A DNA stretch of 64,000 nt, taken from NCBI RefSeq assembly GCF_009914755.1, contig NC_060933.1; one strand, 5' to 3'. The stretch comes from the human T2T-CHM13v2.0 reference genome, Homo sapiens. A program made the translations under genes and the position numbers. Below the pieces are notes generated by a model that saw nothing but the letters and a program-made list of their open reading frames with translations, was not told the origin of the DNA and ran no database searches. Below, one piece after another: positions 24,322-38,439 of this stretch. Within the stretch, counting starts at the first letter, position 1. Every line of letters begins with the position of its first letter.

Positions 24322-27300
24322 ATTCTCAGAAACTTGTTTGTGATGTGTGTATTCAACTAACAGAGATGAACCTTTCTTTTTACAGAGCAGTTTTGAAACA
24401 CTCTTTTTGTGGAATCTGAAAGTGGATATTTGGATAGCTTTGAGGATTTCGTTGGAAACGGGATTACATATAAAACCTAGAGAGAAGCATTCTCAGGAAC
24501 TTCTTTGTGATGTTTGCCTTCAAGTCACAGAACTGAACATTCCCTTTCATAGAGCAGGTTTGAAACACTCTTTCTGTAGTATCTGCAAGCTGACGTTTCA
24601 AGCGCTTTCAGGCCTATGGTGAGAAAGGAAATATCTTCAAGTAAAAACTAGACAGAAGCATTCTCAGAAACTTATTTGCGATGTGTGTTCTCAACTAACA
24701 GAGTTGAACCTTTGTTTTGATATGGCATTTTGGAAACACTCTTTTTGTAGAATCTGCAGGTGGATATTCGGATAGCTTTGAAGGTTTCGTTGGAAACGGG
24801 AATATCTTCATATAAAATCTAGACGGAAGCATTCTCAGAAACTGCTTTGTGATGTTTTCATTCAAGTCACAGAGTAGAATGTTCCCTGTTATATACCAGG
24901 TTTGAGACACTCTTTCTGCACTACCTGGAAGTGGACATTTGCAGCGCTTTGAGGCCTATGATGAAAAAGGAAATATCTTCCCATAAAAACTAGACAGAAG
25001 CATTCTCAGAAACTTGTTTTTGATGTGTGTATTCAACTAACAGAGATGAACCTTTCTTTTTACAGAGCAGTTTTGAAACACTCTTTTTGTGGAATCTGAA
25101 AGTGGATATTTGGATAGCTTTGAGGATTTCGTTGGAAACAGGATTACATATAAAATCTAGAGAGAAGCATTCTCAGGAACTTCTTTGTGATGTTTGCATT
25201 CACGTCACAGAACTGAACATTCCCTTTCATAGAGCATGTTTGAAACAGTCTTTCTGTAGTATCTGCAAACGGACATTTCAAACGCTTTCAGGCCTATGGT
25301 GAGAAAGGAAATATCTTCACATAAAAACTAGACAGAAGCATTCTCAGAAACTTATTTGCGATGTGTGTCCTCAACTAACAGAGTTGAACCTTTCTTTTGA
25401 TACAACATTTTGGAAACACTCTTTTTGTAGAATCTGCAAGTGGATATTTGAATAGCTTTGAAGGTTTCGTTGGAAACGGGAATATCTTCATATAAAATCA
25501 AGACAGAAGCATTCTCAGAAACTTCTCTGTGATGTTTGCATTCAACTCATAGAGTTGAACACTTCCCTTCATACAGCAGGTTTGAAACACTCTTTTTGTA
25601 ATATTTGGAAGTGGACATTTGCAGCGCTTTGAGGCCTATGATGAAAAAGGTAATATCTTCCCATAAAAACTAGACAGAAGCATTCTCAGAAACTTGTTTG
25701 TGATGTGTGTATTCAACTAACAGAGATGAACCTTTCTTTTTACAGTGCAGTTTTGAAACACTCTTTTTGTGGAATCTGAAAGTGGATATTTGGATAGCTT
25801 TGCGGATTTCGTTGGAAACGGGATTACATATAAAACCTAGAGAGAAGCATTCTCAGGAACTACTTTGCGATGTTTGCATTCAAGTCACAGAACTGAACAT
25901 TCCCTTTCATAGATCAGGTTTGAAACACTCTTTCTGTAGTATCTGCAAGCTGACGTTTCAAGCGCTTTCAGGCCTATGGTGAGAAAGGAAATTTCTGCAA
26001 GTAAAAACTAGACAGAAGCATTCTCAGAAACTTATTTGCGATGTGTGTTCTCAACTAACAGAGTTGAACCTTTGTTTTGATATGGCATTTTGGAAACACT
26101 CTTTTTGTAGAATCTGCAGGTGGATATTCGGATAGCTTTGAAGGTTTCGTTGGAAACGGGAATATCTTCATATAAAATCTAGACGGAAGCATTCTCAGAA
26201 ACTGCTTTGTGATGTTTTCATTCAAGTCACAGAGTAGAATGTTCCCTGTTATATACCAGGTTTGAGACACTCTTTCTGCACTACCTGGAAGTGGACGTTT
26301 GGAGCGCTTTGAGGCCTATGTTGAAAAAGGAAATATCTTCCCATAAAAACTAGACAGAAGCATTCTCAGAAACTTGTTTTTGATGTGTGTATTCAACTAA
26401 CAGAGATGAACCTTTCTTTTTACAGAGCAGTTTTGAAACACTCTTTTTGTGGAATCTGAAAGTGGATATTTGGATAGCTTTGAGGATTTCGTTGGAAACG
26501 GGATTACATATAAAATCTAGAGAGAAGCATTCTCAGGAACTTCTTTGTGATGTTTGCATTCACGTCACAGAACTGAACATTCCCTTTCATAGAGCATGTT
26601 TGAAACACTCTTTCTGTAGTATCTGCAAACGGACATTTCAAACGCTTTCAGGCCTATGGTGAGAAAGGAAATATCTTCAAATAAAAACTAGACAGAAGCA
26701 TTCTCAGAAACTTATTTGCGATGTGTGTCCTCAACTATCAGAGTTGAACCTTTCTTTTGATACAACATTTTGGAACCACTCTTTTTGTAGAATCTGCAAG
26801 TGGATATTTGAATAGCTTTGAAGGTTTCGTTGGAAACGGGAATATCTTCATATAAAATCAAGACAGAAGCATTCTCAGAAACTTCTCTGTGATGTTTGCA
26901 TTCAACTCATAGAGTTGAACACTTCCCTTCATACAGCAGGTTTGAAACACTCTTTTTCTAATATTTGGAAGTGGACATTTGCAGCGCTTTGAGGCCTATG
27001 ATGAAAAAGGAAATATCTTCCCATAAAAACTAGACAGAAGCATTCTCAGAAACTTGTTTGTGATGTGTGTATTCAACTAACAGAGATGAACCTTTCTTTT
27101 TACAGAGCAGTTTTGAAACACTCTTTTTGTGGAATCTGAAAGTGGATATTTGGATAGCTTTGCGGATTTCGTTGGAAACGGGATTACATATAAAATCTAG
27201 GGAGAAGCATTCTCAGGAACTTCTTTGTGATGTTTGCATTCAAGTCACAGAACTGAACATTCCCTTTCATAGAGCAGGTTTGAAACACTCTTTCTGTAGT

Positions 27301-28233
27301 ATCTGCAAGCGGACGTTTTAAGCGCTTTCAGGCCTGTGGTGAGAAAGGAAATATCTTCAAATAAAAACTAGACAGAAGCATTCTCAGAAACTTATTTGCG
27401 ATGTGTGTCCTCAACTAACAGAGTTGAACCTTTCTTTTGATACAACATTTTGGAAACACTCTTTTTGTAGAATCTGCAAGTGGATATTTGGATAGCTTTG
27501 AAGGTTTCGTTGGAAACGGGAATATCTTCATATGAAATCAAGACAGAAGCATTCTCAGAAACTTCTCTGTGATGTTTGCATTCAACTCATAGAGTTGAAC
27601 ACTTCCCTTCATACAGCAGGTTTGAAACACTCTTTTTCTAATATTTGGAAGTGGACATTTGCAGCGCTTTGAGGCCTATGTTGAAAAAGGAAATATCTTC
27701 TCCTAAAAACCAGACAGAAGCATTCTCAGAAACTTCCTTGTGATGTGTGTACTCAAGTAACAGAGTTGAACCTTCCTTTTGACAGAGCAGTTTTGAAGCA
27801 CTCTTTTTGTAGAATCTGCAAGTGGATATTTTGATACCTTTGAGGATTTCGTTGGACACGGGATATCTTCATATAAAATCTAGACAGAAGCATTCTCAGA
27901 AACTTCTTTGTGCTGTATGTCCTCAATTAACAGAGTTGAACCTTTGTGTGGATACAGCATTTTGGAAACATTCCTTTAGTAGAATCTGCAAGTTGATATT
28001 TAGATAGCTAGGAAGATTTCCTTGGAAACGGGAATATCTTCATATAAAATCTAGACGGAAGCATTCTCAGAAAGTGCTTTGTGATGTTTGCGTTCAAGTC
28101 ACAGAGTTGAATATTCCCTTTTATAGAGCAGGTTTGAAACACTCTTTCTGCACTACCTGGAAGTGGACATTTGGAGCGCTTTGAGGCCTATGTTGAAAAA
28201 GGAAATATCTTCCCATAAAAACTAGACAGAAGC
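24322..28233 (+). repeat. 23-mer HOR, 3912 bp
   Basis: 5x680+512. Confidence 0.9.
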
Positions 28234-30105
28234 ATTCTCAGAAACTTGTTTGTGATGTGTGTATTCAACTAACAGAGATGAACCTTTCTTTTTACAGAGC
28301 AGTTTTGAAACACTCTTTTTGTGGAATCTGAAAGTGGATATTTGGATAGCTTTGAGGATTTCGTTGGAAACGGGATTACATATAAAACCTAGAGAGAAGC
28401 ATTCTCAGGAACTTCTTTGTGATGTTTGCCTTCAAGTCACAGGACTGAACATTCCCTTTCATAGAGCAGGTTTGAAACACTCTTTCTGTAGTATCTGCAA
28501 GCTGACGTTTCAAGCGCTTTCAGGCCTATGGTGAGAAAGGAAATATCTTCAAGTAAAAACTAGACAGAAGCATTCTCAGAAACTTATTTGAGATGTGTGT
28601 TCTCAACTAACAGAGTTGAACCTTTGTTTTGATATGGCATTTTGGAAACACTCTTTTTGTAGAATCTGCAGGTGGATATTCGGATAGCTTTGAAGGTTTC
28701 GTTGGAAACGGGAATATCTTCATATAAAATCAAGACAGAAGCATTCTCAGAAACTTCTCTGTGATGTTTGCATTCAACTCATAGAGTTGAACACTTCCCT
28801 TCATACAGCAGGTTTGAAACACTCTTTTTGTAATATTTGGAAGTGGACATTTGCAGCGCTTTGAGGCCTATGATGAAAAAGGAAATATCTTCCCATAAAA
28901 ACTAGACAGAAGCATTCTCAGAAACTTGTTTGTGATGTGTGTATTCAACTAACAGAGATGAACCTTTCTTTTTACAGAGCAGTTTTGAAACACTCTTTTT
29001 GTGGAATCTGAAAGTGGATATTTGGATAGCTTTGCGGATTTCGTTGGAAACGGGATTACATATAAAATCTAGGGAGAAGCATTCTCAGGAACTTCTTTGT
29101 GATGTTTGCATTCAAGTCACAGAACTGAACATTCCCTTTCATAGAGCAGGTTTGAAACACTCTTTCTGTAGTATCTGCAAGCGGACGTTTTAAGCGCTTT
29201 CAGGCCTGTGGTGAGAAAGGAAATATCTTCAAATAAAAACTAGACAGAAGCATTCTCAGAAACTTATTTGCGATGTGTGTCCTCAACTAACAGAGTTGAA
29301 CCTTTCTTTTGATACAACATTTTGGAAACACTCTTTTTGTAGAATCTGCAAGTGGATATTTGGATAGCTTTGAAGGTTTCGTTGGAAACGGGAATATCTT
29401 CATATGAAATCAAGACAGAAGCATTCTCAGAAACTTCTCTGTGATGTTTGCATTCAACTCATAGAGTTGAACACTTCCCTTCATACAGCAGGTTTGAAAC
29501 ACTCTTTTTCTAATATTTGGAAGTGGACATTTGCAGCGCTTTGAGGCCTATGTTGAAAAAGGAAATATCTTCTCCTAAAAACCAGACAGAAGCATTCTCA
29601 GAAACTTCCTTGTGATGTGTGTACTCAAGTAACAGAGTTGAACCTTCATTTTGACAGAGCAGTTTTGAAGCACTCTTTTTGTAGAATCTGCAAGTGGATA
29701 TTTTGATACCTTTGAGGATTTCGTTGGACACGGGATATCTTCATATAAAATCTAGACAGAAGCATTCTCAGAAACTTCTTTGTGCTGTATGTCCTCAATT
29801 AACAGAGTTGAACCTTTGTGTGGATACAGCATTTTGGAAACATTCCTTTAGTAGAATCTGCAAGTTGATATTTAGATAGCTAGGAAGATTTCCTTGGAAA
29901 CGGGAATATCTTCATATAAAATCTAGACGGAAGCATTCTCAGAAAGTGCTTTGTGATGTTTGCATTCAAGTCACAGAGTTGAATATTCCCTTTTATAGAG
30001 CAGGTTTGAAACACTCTTTCTGCACTACCTGGAAGTGGACATTTGGAGCGCTTTGAGGCCTATGTTGAAAAAGGAAATATCTTCCCATAAAAACTAGACA
30101 GAAGC
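28234..30105 (+). repeat. 11-mer HOR (L/H type)
   Basis: 2x680+512. Confidence 0.9.
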
Positions 30106-33100
30106 ATTCTCAGAAACTTGTTTGTGATGTGTGTATTCAACTAACAGAGATGAACCTTTCTTTTTACAGAGCAGTTTTGAAACACTCTTTTTGTGGAATC
30201 TGAAAGTGGATATTTGGATAGCTTTGAGGATTTCGTTGGAAACGGGATTACATATAAAACCTAGAGAGAAGCATTCTCAGGAACTTCTTTGTGATGTTTG
30301 CATTCAAGTCACAGAACTGAACATTCCCTTTCATAGAGCAGGTTTGAAACACTCTTTCTGTAGTATCTGCAAGCTGACGTTTCAAGCGCTTTCAGGCCTA
30401 TGGTGAGAAAGGAAATATCTTCAAGTAAAAACTAGACAGAAGCATTCTCAGAAACTTATTTGCGATGTGTGTTCTCAACTAACAGAGTTGAACCTTTGTT
30501 TTGATATGGCATTTTGGAAACACTCTTTTTGTAGAATCTGCAGGTGGATATTCAGATAGCTTTGAAGGTTTTGTTGGAAACGGGAATATCTTCATATAAA
30601 ATCTAGACGGAAGCATTCTCAGAAACTGCTTTGTGATGTTTTCATTCAAGTCACACAGTAGAATGTTCCCTGTTATATACCAGGTTTGAGACACTCTTTC
30701 TGCACTACCTGGAAGTGGACATTTGCAGCGCTTTGAGGCCTATGATGAAAAAGGAAATATCTTCCCATAAAAACTAGACAGAAGCATTCTCAGAAACTTG
30801 TTTTTGATGTGTGTATTCAACTAACAGAGATGAACCTTTCTTTTTACAGAGCAGTTTTGAAACACTCTTTTTGTGGAATCTGAAAGTGGATATTTGGATA
30901 GCTTTGAGGATTTCGTTGGAAACGGGATTAAATATAAAATCTAGAGAGAAGCATTCTCAGGAACTTCTTTGTGATGTTTGCATTCACGTCACAGAACTGA
31001 ACATTCCCTTTCATAGAGCATGTTTGAAACACTCTTTCTGTAGTATCTGCAAACGGACATTTCAAACGCTTTCAGGCCTATGGTGAGAAAGGAAATATCT
31101 TCAAATAAAAACTAGACAGAAGCATTCTCAGAAACTTATTTGCGATGTGTGTCCTCAACTAACAGAGTTGAACCTTTCTTTTGATACAACATTTTGGAAA
31201 CACTCTTTTTGTAGAATCTGCAAGTGGATATTTGAATAGCTTTGAAGGTTTCGTTGGAAACGGGAATATCTTCATATAAAATCAAGACAGAAGCATTCTC
31301 AGAAACTTCTCTGTGATGTTTGCATTCAACTCATAGAGTTGAACACTTCCCTTCATACAGCAGGTTTGAAACACTCTTTTTGTAATATTTGGAAGTGGAC
31401 ATTTGCAGCGCTTTGAGGCCTATGATGAAAAAGGTAATATCTTCCCATAAAAACTAGACAGAAGCATTCTCAGAAACTTGTTTGTGATGTGTGTATTCAA
31501 CTAACAGAGATGAACCTTTCTTTTTACAGAGCAGTTTTGAAACACTCTTTTTGTGGAATCTGAAAGTGGATATTTGGATAGCTTTGCGGATTTCGTTGGA
31601 AACGGGATTACATATAAAACCTAGAGAGAAGCATTCTCAGGAACTTCTTTGCGATGTTTGCATTCAAGTCACAGAACTGAACATTCCCTTTCATAGAGCA
31701 GGTTTGAAACACTCTTTCTGTAGTATCTGCAAGCTGACGTTTCAAGCGCTTTCAGGCCTATGGTGAGAAAGGAAATTTCTTCAAGTAAAAACTAGACAGA
31801 AGCATTCTCAGAAACTTATTTGCGATGTGTGTTCTCAACTAACAGAGTTGAACCTTTGTTTTGATATGGCATTTTGGAAACACTCTTTTTGTAGAATCTG
31901 CAGGTGGATATTCGGATAGCTTTGAAGGTTTCGTTGGAAACGGGAATATCTTCATATAAAATCTAGACGGAAGCATTCTCAGAAACTGCTTTGTGATGTT
32001 TTCATTCAAGTCACAGAGTAGAATGTTCCCTGTTATATACCAGGTTTGAGACACTCTTTCTGCACTACATGGAAGTGGACGTTTGGAGCGCTTTGAGGCC
32101 TATGTTGAAAAAGGAAATATCATCCCATAAAAACTAGACAGAAGCATTCTCAGAAACTTGTTTGTGATGTGTGTATTCAACTAACAGAGATGAACCTTTC
32201 TTTTTACAGAGCAGTTTTGAAACACTCTTTTTGTGGAATCTGAAAGTGGATATTTGGATAGCTTTGAGGATTTCGTTGGAAACGGGATTACATATAAAAT
32301 CTAGAGAGAAGCATTCTCAGGAACTTCTTTGTGATGTTTGCATTCACGTCACAGAACTGAACATTCCCTTTCATAGAGCATGTTTGAAACACTCTTTCTG
32401 TAGTATCTGCAAACGGACATTTCAAACGCTTTCAGGCCTATGGTGAGAAAGGAAATATCTTCAAATAAAAACTAGACAGAAGCATTCTCAGAAACTTATT
32501 TGCGATGTGTGTCCTCAACTATCAGAGTTGAACCTTTCTTTTGATACAACATTTTGGAACCACTCTTTTTGTAGAATCTGCAAGTGGATATTTGAATAGC
32601 TTTGAAGGTTTCGTTGGAAACGGGAATATCTTCATATAAAATCAAGACAGAAGCATTCTCAGAAACTTCTCTGTGATGTTTGCATTCAACTCATAGAGTT
32701 GAACACTTCCCTTCATACAGCAGGTTTGAAACACTCTTTTTGTAATATTTGGAAGTGGACATTTGCAGCGCTTTGAGGCCTATGATGAAAAAGGAAATAT
32801 CTTCCCATAAAAACTAGACAGAAGCATTCTCAGAAACTTGTTCGTGATGTGTGTATTCAACTAACAGAGATGAACCTTTCTTTTTACAGAGCAGTTTTGA
32901 AACACTCTTTTTGTGGAATCTGAAAGTGGATATTTGGATAGCTTTGCGGATTTCGTTGGAAACGGGATTACATATAAAATCTAGGGAGAAGCATTCTCAG
33001 GAACTTCTTTGTGATGTTTGCATTCAAGTCACAGAACTGAACATTCCCTTTCATAGAGCAGGTTTGAAACACTCTTTCTGTAGTATCTGCAAGCGGACGT

Positions 33101-34017
33101 TTTAAGCGCTTTCAGGCCTGTGGTGAGAAAGGAAATATCTTCAAATAAAAACTAGACAGAAGCATTCTCAGAAACTTATTTGCGATGTGTGTCCTCAACT
33201 AACAGAGTTGAACCTTTCTTTTGATACAACATTTTGGAAACACTCTTTTTGTAGAATCTGCAAGTGGATATTTGGATAGCTTTGAAGGTTTCGTTGGAAA
33301 CGGGAATATCTTCATATGAAATCAAGACAGAAGCATTCTCAGAAACTTCTCTGTGATGTTTGCATTCAACTCATAGAGTTGAACACTTCCCTTCATACAG
33401 CAGGTTTGAAACACTCTTTTTCTAATATTTGGAAGTGGACATTTGCAGCGCTTTGAGGCCTATGTTGAAAAAGGAAATATCTTCTCCTAAAAACCAGACA
33501 GAAGCATTCTCAGAAACTTCCTTGTGATGTGTGTACTCAAGTAACAGAGTTGAACCTTCCTTTTGACAGAGCAGTTTTGAAGCACTCTTTTTGTAGAATC
33601 TGCAAGTGGATATTTTGATACCTTTGAGGATTTCGTTGGACACGGGATATCTTCATATAAAATCTAGACAGAAGCATTCTCAAAAACTTCTTTGTGCTGT
33701 ATGTCCTCAATTAACAGAGTTGAACCTTTGTGTGGATACAGCATTTTGGAAACATTCCTTTAGTAGAATCTGCAAGTTGATATTTAGATAGCTAGGAAGA
33801 TTTCCTTGGAAACGGGAATATCTTCATATAAAATCTAGACGGAAGCATTCTCAGAAAGTGCTTTGTGATGTTTGCATTCAAGTCACAGAGTTGAATATTC
33901 CCTTTTATAGAGCAGGTTTGAAACACTCTTTCTGCACTACCTGGAAGTGGACATTTGGAGCGCTTTGAGGCCTATGTTGAAAAAGGAAATATCTTCCCAT
34001 AAAAACTAGACAGAAGC
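30106..34017 (+). repeat. 23-mer HOR, 3912 bp
   Basis: 5x680+512. Confidence 0.9.
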
Positions 34018-35889
34018 ATTCTCAGAAACTTGTTTGTGATGTGTGTATTCAACTAACAGAGATGAACCTTTCTTTTTACAGAGCAGTTTTGAAACACTCT
34101 TTTTGTGGAATCTGAAAGTGGATATTTGGATAGCTTTGAGGATTTCGTTGGAAACGGGATTACATATAAAACCTAGAGAGAAGCATTCTCAGGAACTTCT
34201 TTGTGATGTTTGCCTTCAAGTCACAGGACTGAACATTCCCTTTCATATAGCAGGTTTGAAACACTCTTTCTGTAGTATCTGCAAGCTGACGTTTCAAGCG
34301 CTTTCAGGCCTATGGTGAGAAAGGAAATATCTTCAAGTAAAAACTAGACAGAAGCATTCTCAGAAACTTATTTGAGATGTGTGTTCTCAACTAACAGAGT
34401 TGAACCTTTGTTTTGATATGGCATTTTGGAAACACTCTTTTTGTAGAATCTGCAGGTGGATATTCGGATAGCTTTGAAGGTTTCGTTGGAAACGGGAATA
34501 TCTTCATATAAAATCAAGACAGAAGCATTCTCAGAAACTTCTCTGTGATGTTTGCATTCAACTCATAGAGTTGAACACTTCCCTTCATACAGCAGGTTTG
34601 AAACACTCTTTTTGTAATATTTGGAAGTGGACATTTGCAGCGCTTTGAGGCCTATGATGAAAAAGGAAATATCTTCCCATAAAAACTAGACAGAAGCATT
34701 CTCAGAAACTTGTTTGTGATGTGTGTATTCAACTAACAGAGATGAACCTTTCTTTTTACAGAGCAGTTTTGAAACACTCTTTTTGTGGAATCTGAAAGTG
34801 GATATTTGGATAGCTTTGCGGATTTCGTTGGAAACGGGATTACATATAAAATCTAGGGAGAAGCATTCTCAGGAACTTCTTTGTGATGTTTGCATTCAAG
34901 TCACAGAACTGAACATTCCCTTTCATAGAGCAGGTTTGAAACACTCTTTCTGTAGTATCTGCAAGCGGACGTTTTAAGCGCTTTCAGGCCTGTGGTGAGA
35001 AAGGAAATATCTTCAAATAAAAACTAGACAGAAGCATTCTCAGAAACTTATTTGCGATGTGTGTCCTCAACTAACAGAGTTGAACCTTTCTTTTGATACA
35101 ACATTTTGGAAACACTCTTTTTGTAGAATCTGCAAGTGGATATTTGGATAGCTTTGAAGGTTTCGTTGGAAACGGGAATATCTTCATATGAAATCAAGAC
35201 AGAAGCATTCTCAGAAACTTCTCTGTGATGTTTGCATTCAACTCATAGAGTTGAACACTTCCCTTCATACAGCAGGTTTGAAACACTCTTTTTGTAATAT
35301 TTGGAAGTGGACATTTGCAGCGCTTTGAGGCCTATGTTGAAAAAGGAAATATCTTCTCCTAAAAACCAGACAGAAGCATTCTCAGAAACTTCCTTGTGAT
35401 GTGTGTACTCAAGTAACAGAGTTGAACCTTCATTTTGACAGAGCAGTTTTGAAGCACTCTTTTTGTAGAATCTGCAAGTGGATATTTTGATACCTTTGAG
35501 GATTTCGTTGGACACGGGATATCTTCATATAAAATCTAGACAGAAGCATTCTCAGAAACTTCTTTGTGCTGTATGTCCTCAATTAACAGAGTTGAACCTT
35601 TGTGTGGATACAGCATTTTGGAAACATTCCTTTAGTAGAATCTGCAAGTTGATATTTAGATAGCTAGGAAGATTTCCTTGGAAACGGGAATATCTTCATA
35701 TAAAATCTAGACGGAAGCATTCTCAGAAAGTGCTTTGTGATGTTTGCATTCAAGTCACAGAGTTGAATATTCCCTTTTATAGAGCAGGTTTGAAACACTC
35801 TTTCTGCACTACCTGGAAGTGGACATTTGGAGCGCTTTGAGGCCTATGTTGAAAAAGGAAATATCTTCCCATAAAAACTAGACAGAAGC
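34018..35889 (+). repeat. 11-mer HOR (L/H type)
   Basis: 2x680+512. Confidence 0.9.
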
Positions 35890-38439
35890 ATTCTCAGAAA
35901 CTTGTTTGTGATGTGTGTATTCAACTAACAGAGATGAACCTTTCTTTTTACAGAGCAGTTTTGAAACACTCTTTTTGTGGAATCTGAAAGTGGATATTTG
36001 GATAGCTTTGAGGATTTCGTTGGAAACGGGATTACATATAAAACCTAGAGAGAAGCATTCTCAGGAACTTCTTTTTGATGTTTGCCTTCAAGTCACAGGA
36101 CTGAACATTCCCTTTCATAGAGCAGGTTTGAAACACTCTTTCTGTAGTATCTGCAAGCTGACGTTTCAAGCGCTTTCAGGCCTATGGTGAGAAAGGAAAT
36201 ATCTTCAAGTAAAAACTAGACAGAAGCATTCTCAGAAACATATTTGCCATGTGTGTTCTCAACTAACAGAGTTGAACCTTTGTTTTGATACGGCATTTTG
36301 GAAACACTCTTTTTGTAGTATCTGCAGGTGGATATTCGGATAGCTTTGAAGGTTTCGTTGGAAACGGGAATATCTTCATATAAAATCTAGACGGAAGCAT
36401 TCTCAGAAACTGCTTTGTGATGTTTTCATTCAAGTCACAGAGTAGAATGTTCCCTGTTATATACCAGGTTTGAGACACTCTTTCTGCACTACCTGGAAGT
36501 GGACGTTTGGAGCGCTTTGAGGCCTATGTTGAAAAAGGAAATATCTTCCCATAAAAACTAGACAGAAGCATTCTCAGAAACTTGTTTGTGATGTGTGTAT
36601 TCAACTAACAGAGATGAACCTTTCTTTTTACAGAGCAGTTTTGAAACACTCTTTTTGTGGAATCTGAAAGTGGATATTTGGATAGCTTTGAGGATTTCGT
36701 TGGAAACGGGATTACATATAAAATCTAGAGAGAAGCATTCTCAGGAACTTCTTTGTGATGTTTGCATTCACGTCACAGAACTGAACATTCCCTTTCATAG
36801 AGCATGTTTGAAACACTCTTTCTGTAGTATCTGCAAACGGACATTTCAAACGCTTTCAGGCCTATGGTGAGAAAGGAAATATCTTCAAATAAAAACTAGA
36901 CAGAAGCATTCTCAGAAACTTATTTGCGATGTGTGTCCTCAACTATCAGAGTTGAACCTTTCTTTTGATACAACATTTTGGAACCACTCTTTTTGTAGAA
37001 TCTGCAAGTGGATATTTGAATAGCTTTGAAGGTTTCGTTGGAAACGGGAATATCTTCATATAAAATCAAGACAGAAGCATTCTCAGAAACTTCTCTGTGA
37101 TGTTTGCATTCAACTCATAGAGTTGAACACTTCCCTTCATACAGCAGGTTTGAAACACTCTTTTTGTAATATTTGGAAGTGGACATTTGCAGCGCTTTGA
37201 GGCCTATGATGAAAAAGGAAATATCTTCCCATAAAAACTAGACAGAAGCATTCTCAGAAACTTGTTTGTGATGTGTGTATTCAACTAACAGATGAACCTT
37301 TCTTTTTACAGAGCAGTTTTGAAACACTCTTTTTGTGGAATCTGAAAGTGGATATTTGGATAGCTTTGCGGATTTCGTTGGAAACGGGATTACATATAAA
37401 ATCTAGGGAGAAGCATTCTCAGGAACTTCTTTGTGATGTTTGCATTCAAGTCACAGAACTGAACATTCCCTTTCATAGAGCAGGTTTGAAACACTCTTTC
37501 TGTAGTATCTGCAAGCGGACGTTTTAAGCGCTTTCAGGCCTGTGGTGAGAAAGGAAATATCTTCAAATAAAAACTAGACAGAAGCATTCTCAGAAACTTA
37601 TTTGCGATGTGTGTCCTCAACTAACAGAGTTGAACCTTTCTTTTGATACAACATTTTGGAAACACTCTTTTTGTAGAATCTGCAAGTGGATATTTGGATA
37701 GCTTTGAAGGTTTCGTTGGAAACGGGAATATCTTCATATGAAATCAAGACAGAAGCATTCTCAGAAACTTCTCTGTGATGTTTGCATTCAACTCATAGAG
37801 TTGAACACTTCCCTTCATACAGCAGGTTTGAAACACTCTTTTTGTAATATTTGGAAGTGGACATTTGCAGCGCTTTGAGGCCTATGTTGAAAAAGGAAAT
37901 ATCTTCTCCTAAAAACCAGACAGAAGCATTCTCAGAAACTTCCTTGTGATGTGTGTACTCAAGTAACAGAGTTGAACCTTCCTTTTGACAGAGCAGTTTT
38001 GAAGCACTCTTTTTGTAGAATCTGCAAGTGGATATTTTGATACCTTTGAGGATTTCGTTGGACACGGGATATCTTCATATAAAATCTAGACAGAAGCATT
38101 CTCAGAAACTTCTTTGTGCTGTATGTCCTCAATTAACAGAGTTGAACCTTTGTGTGGATACAGCATTTTGGAAACATTCCTTTAGTAGAATCTGCAAGTT
38201 GATATTTAGATAGCTAGGAAGATTTCCTTGGAAACGGGAATATCTTCATATAAAATCTAGACGGAAGCATTCTCAGAAAGTGCTTTGTGATGTTTGCATT
38301 CAAGTCACAGAGTTGAATATTCCCTTTTATAGAGCAGGTTTGAAACACTCTTTCTGCACTACCTGGAAGTGGACATTTGGAGCGCTTTGAGGCCTATGTT
38401 GAAAAAGGAAATATCTTCCCATAAAAACTAGACAGAAGC
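35890..38439 (+). repeat. 15-mer HOR, 2550 bp
   Basis: Same 2-bp deletion, near 37291. Confidence 0.9.
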
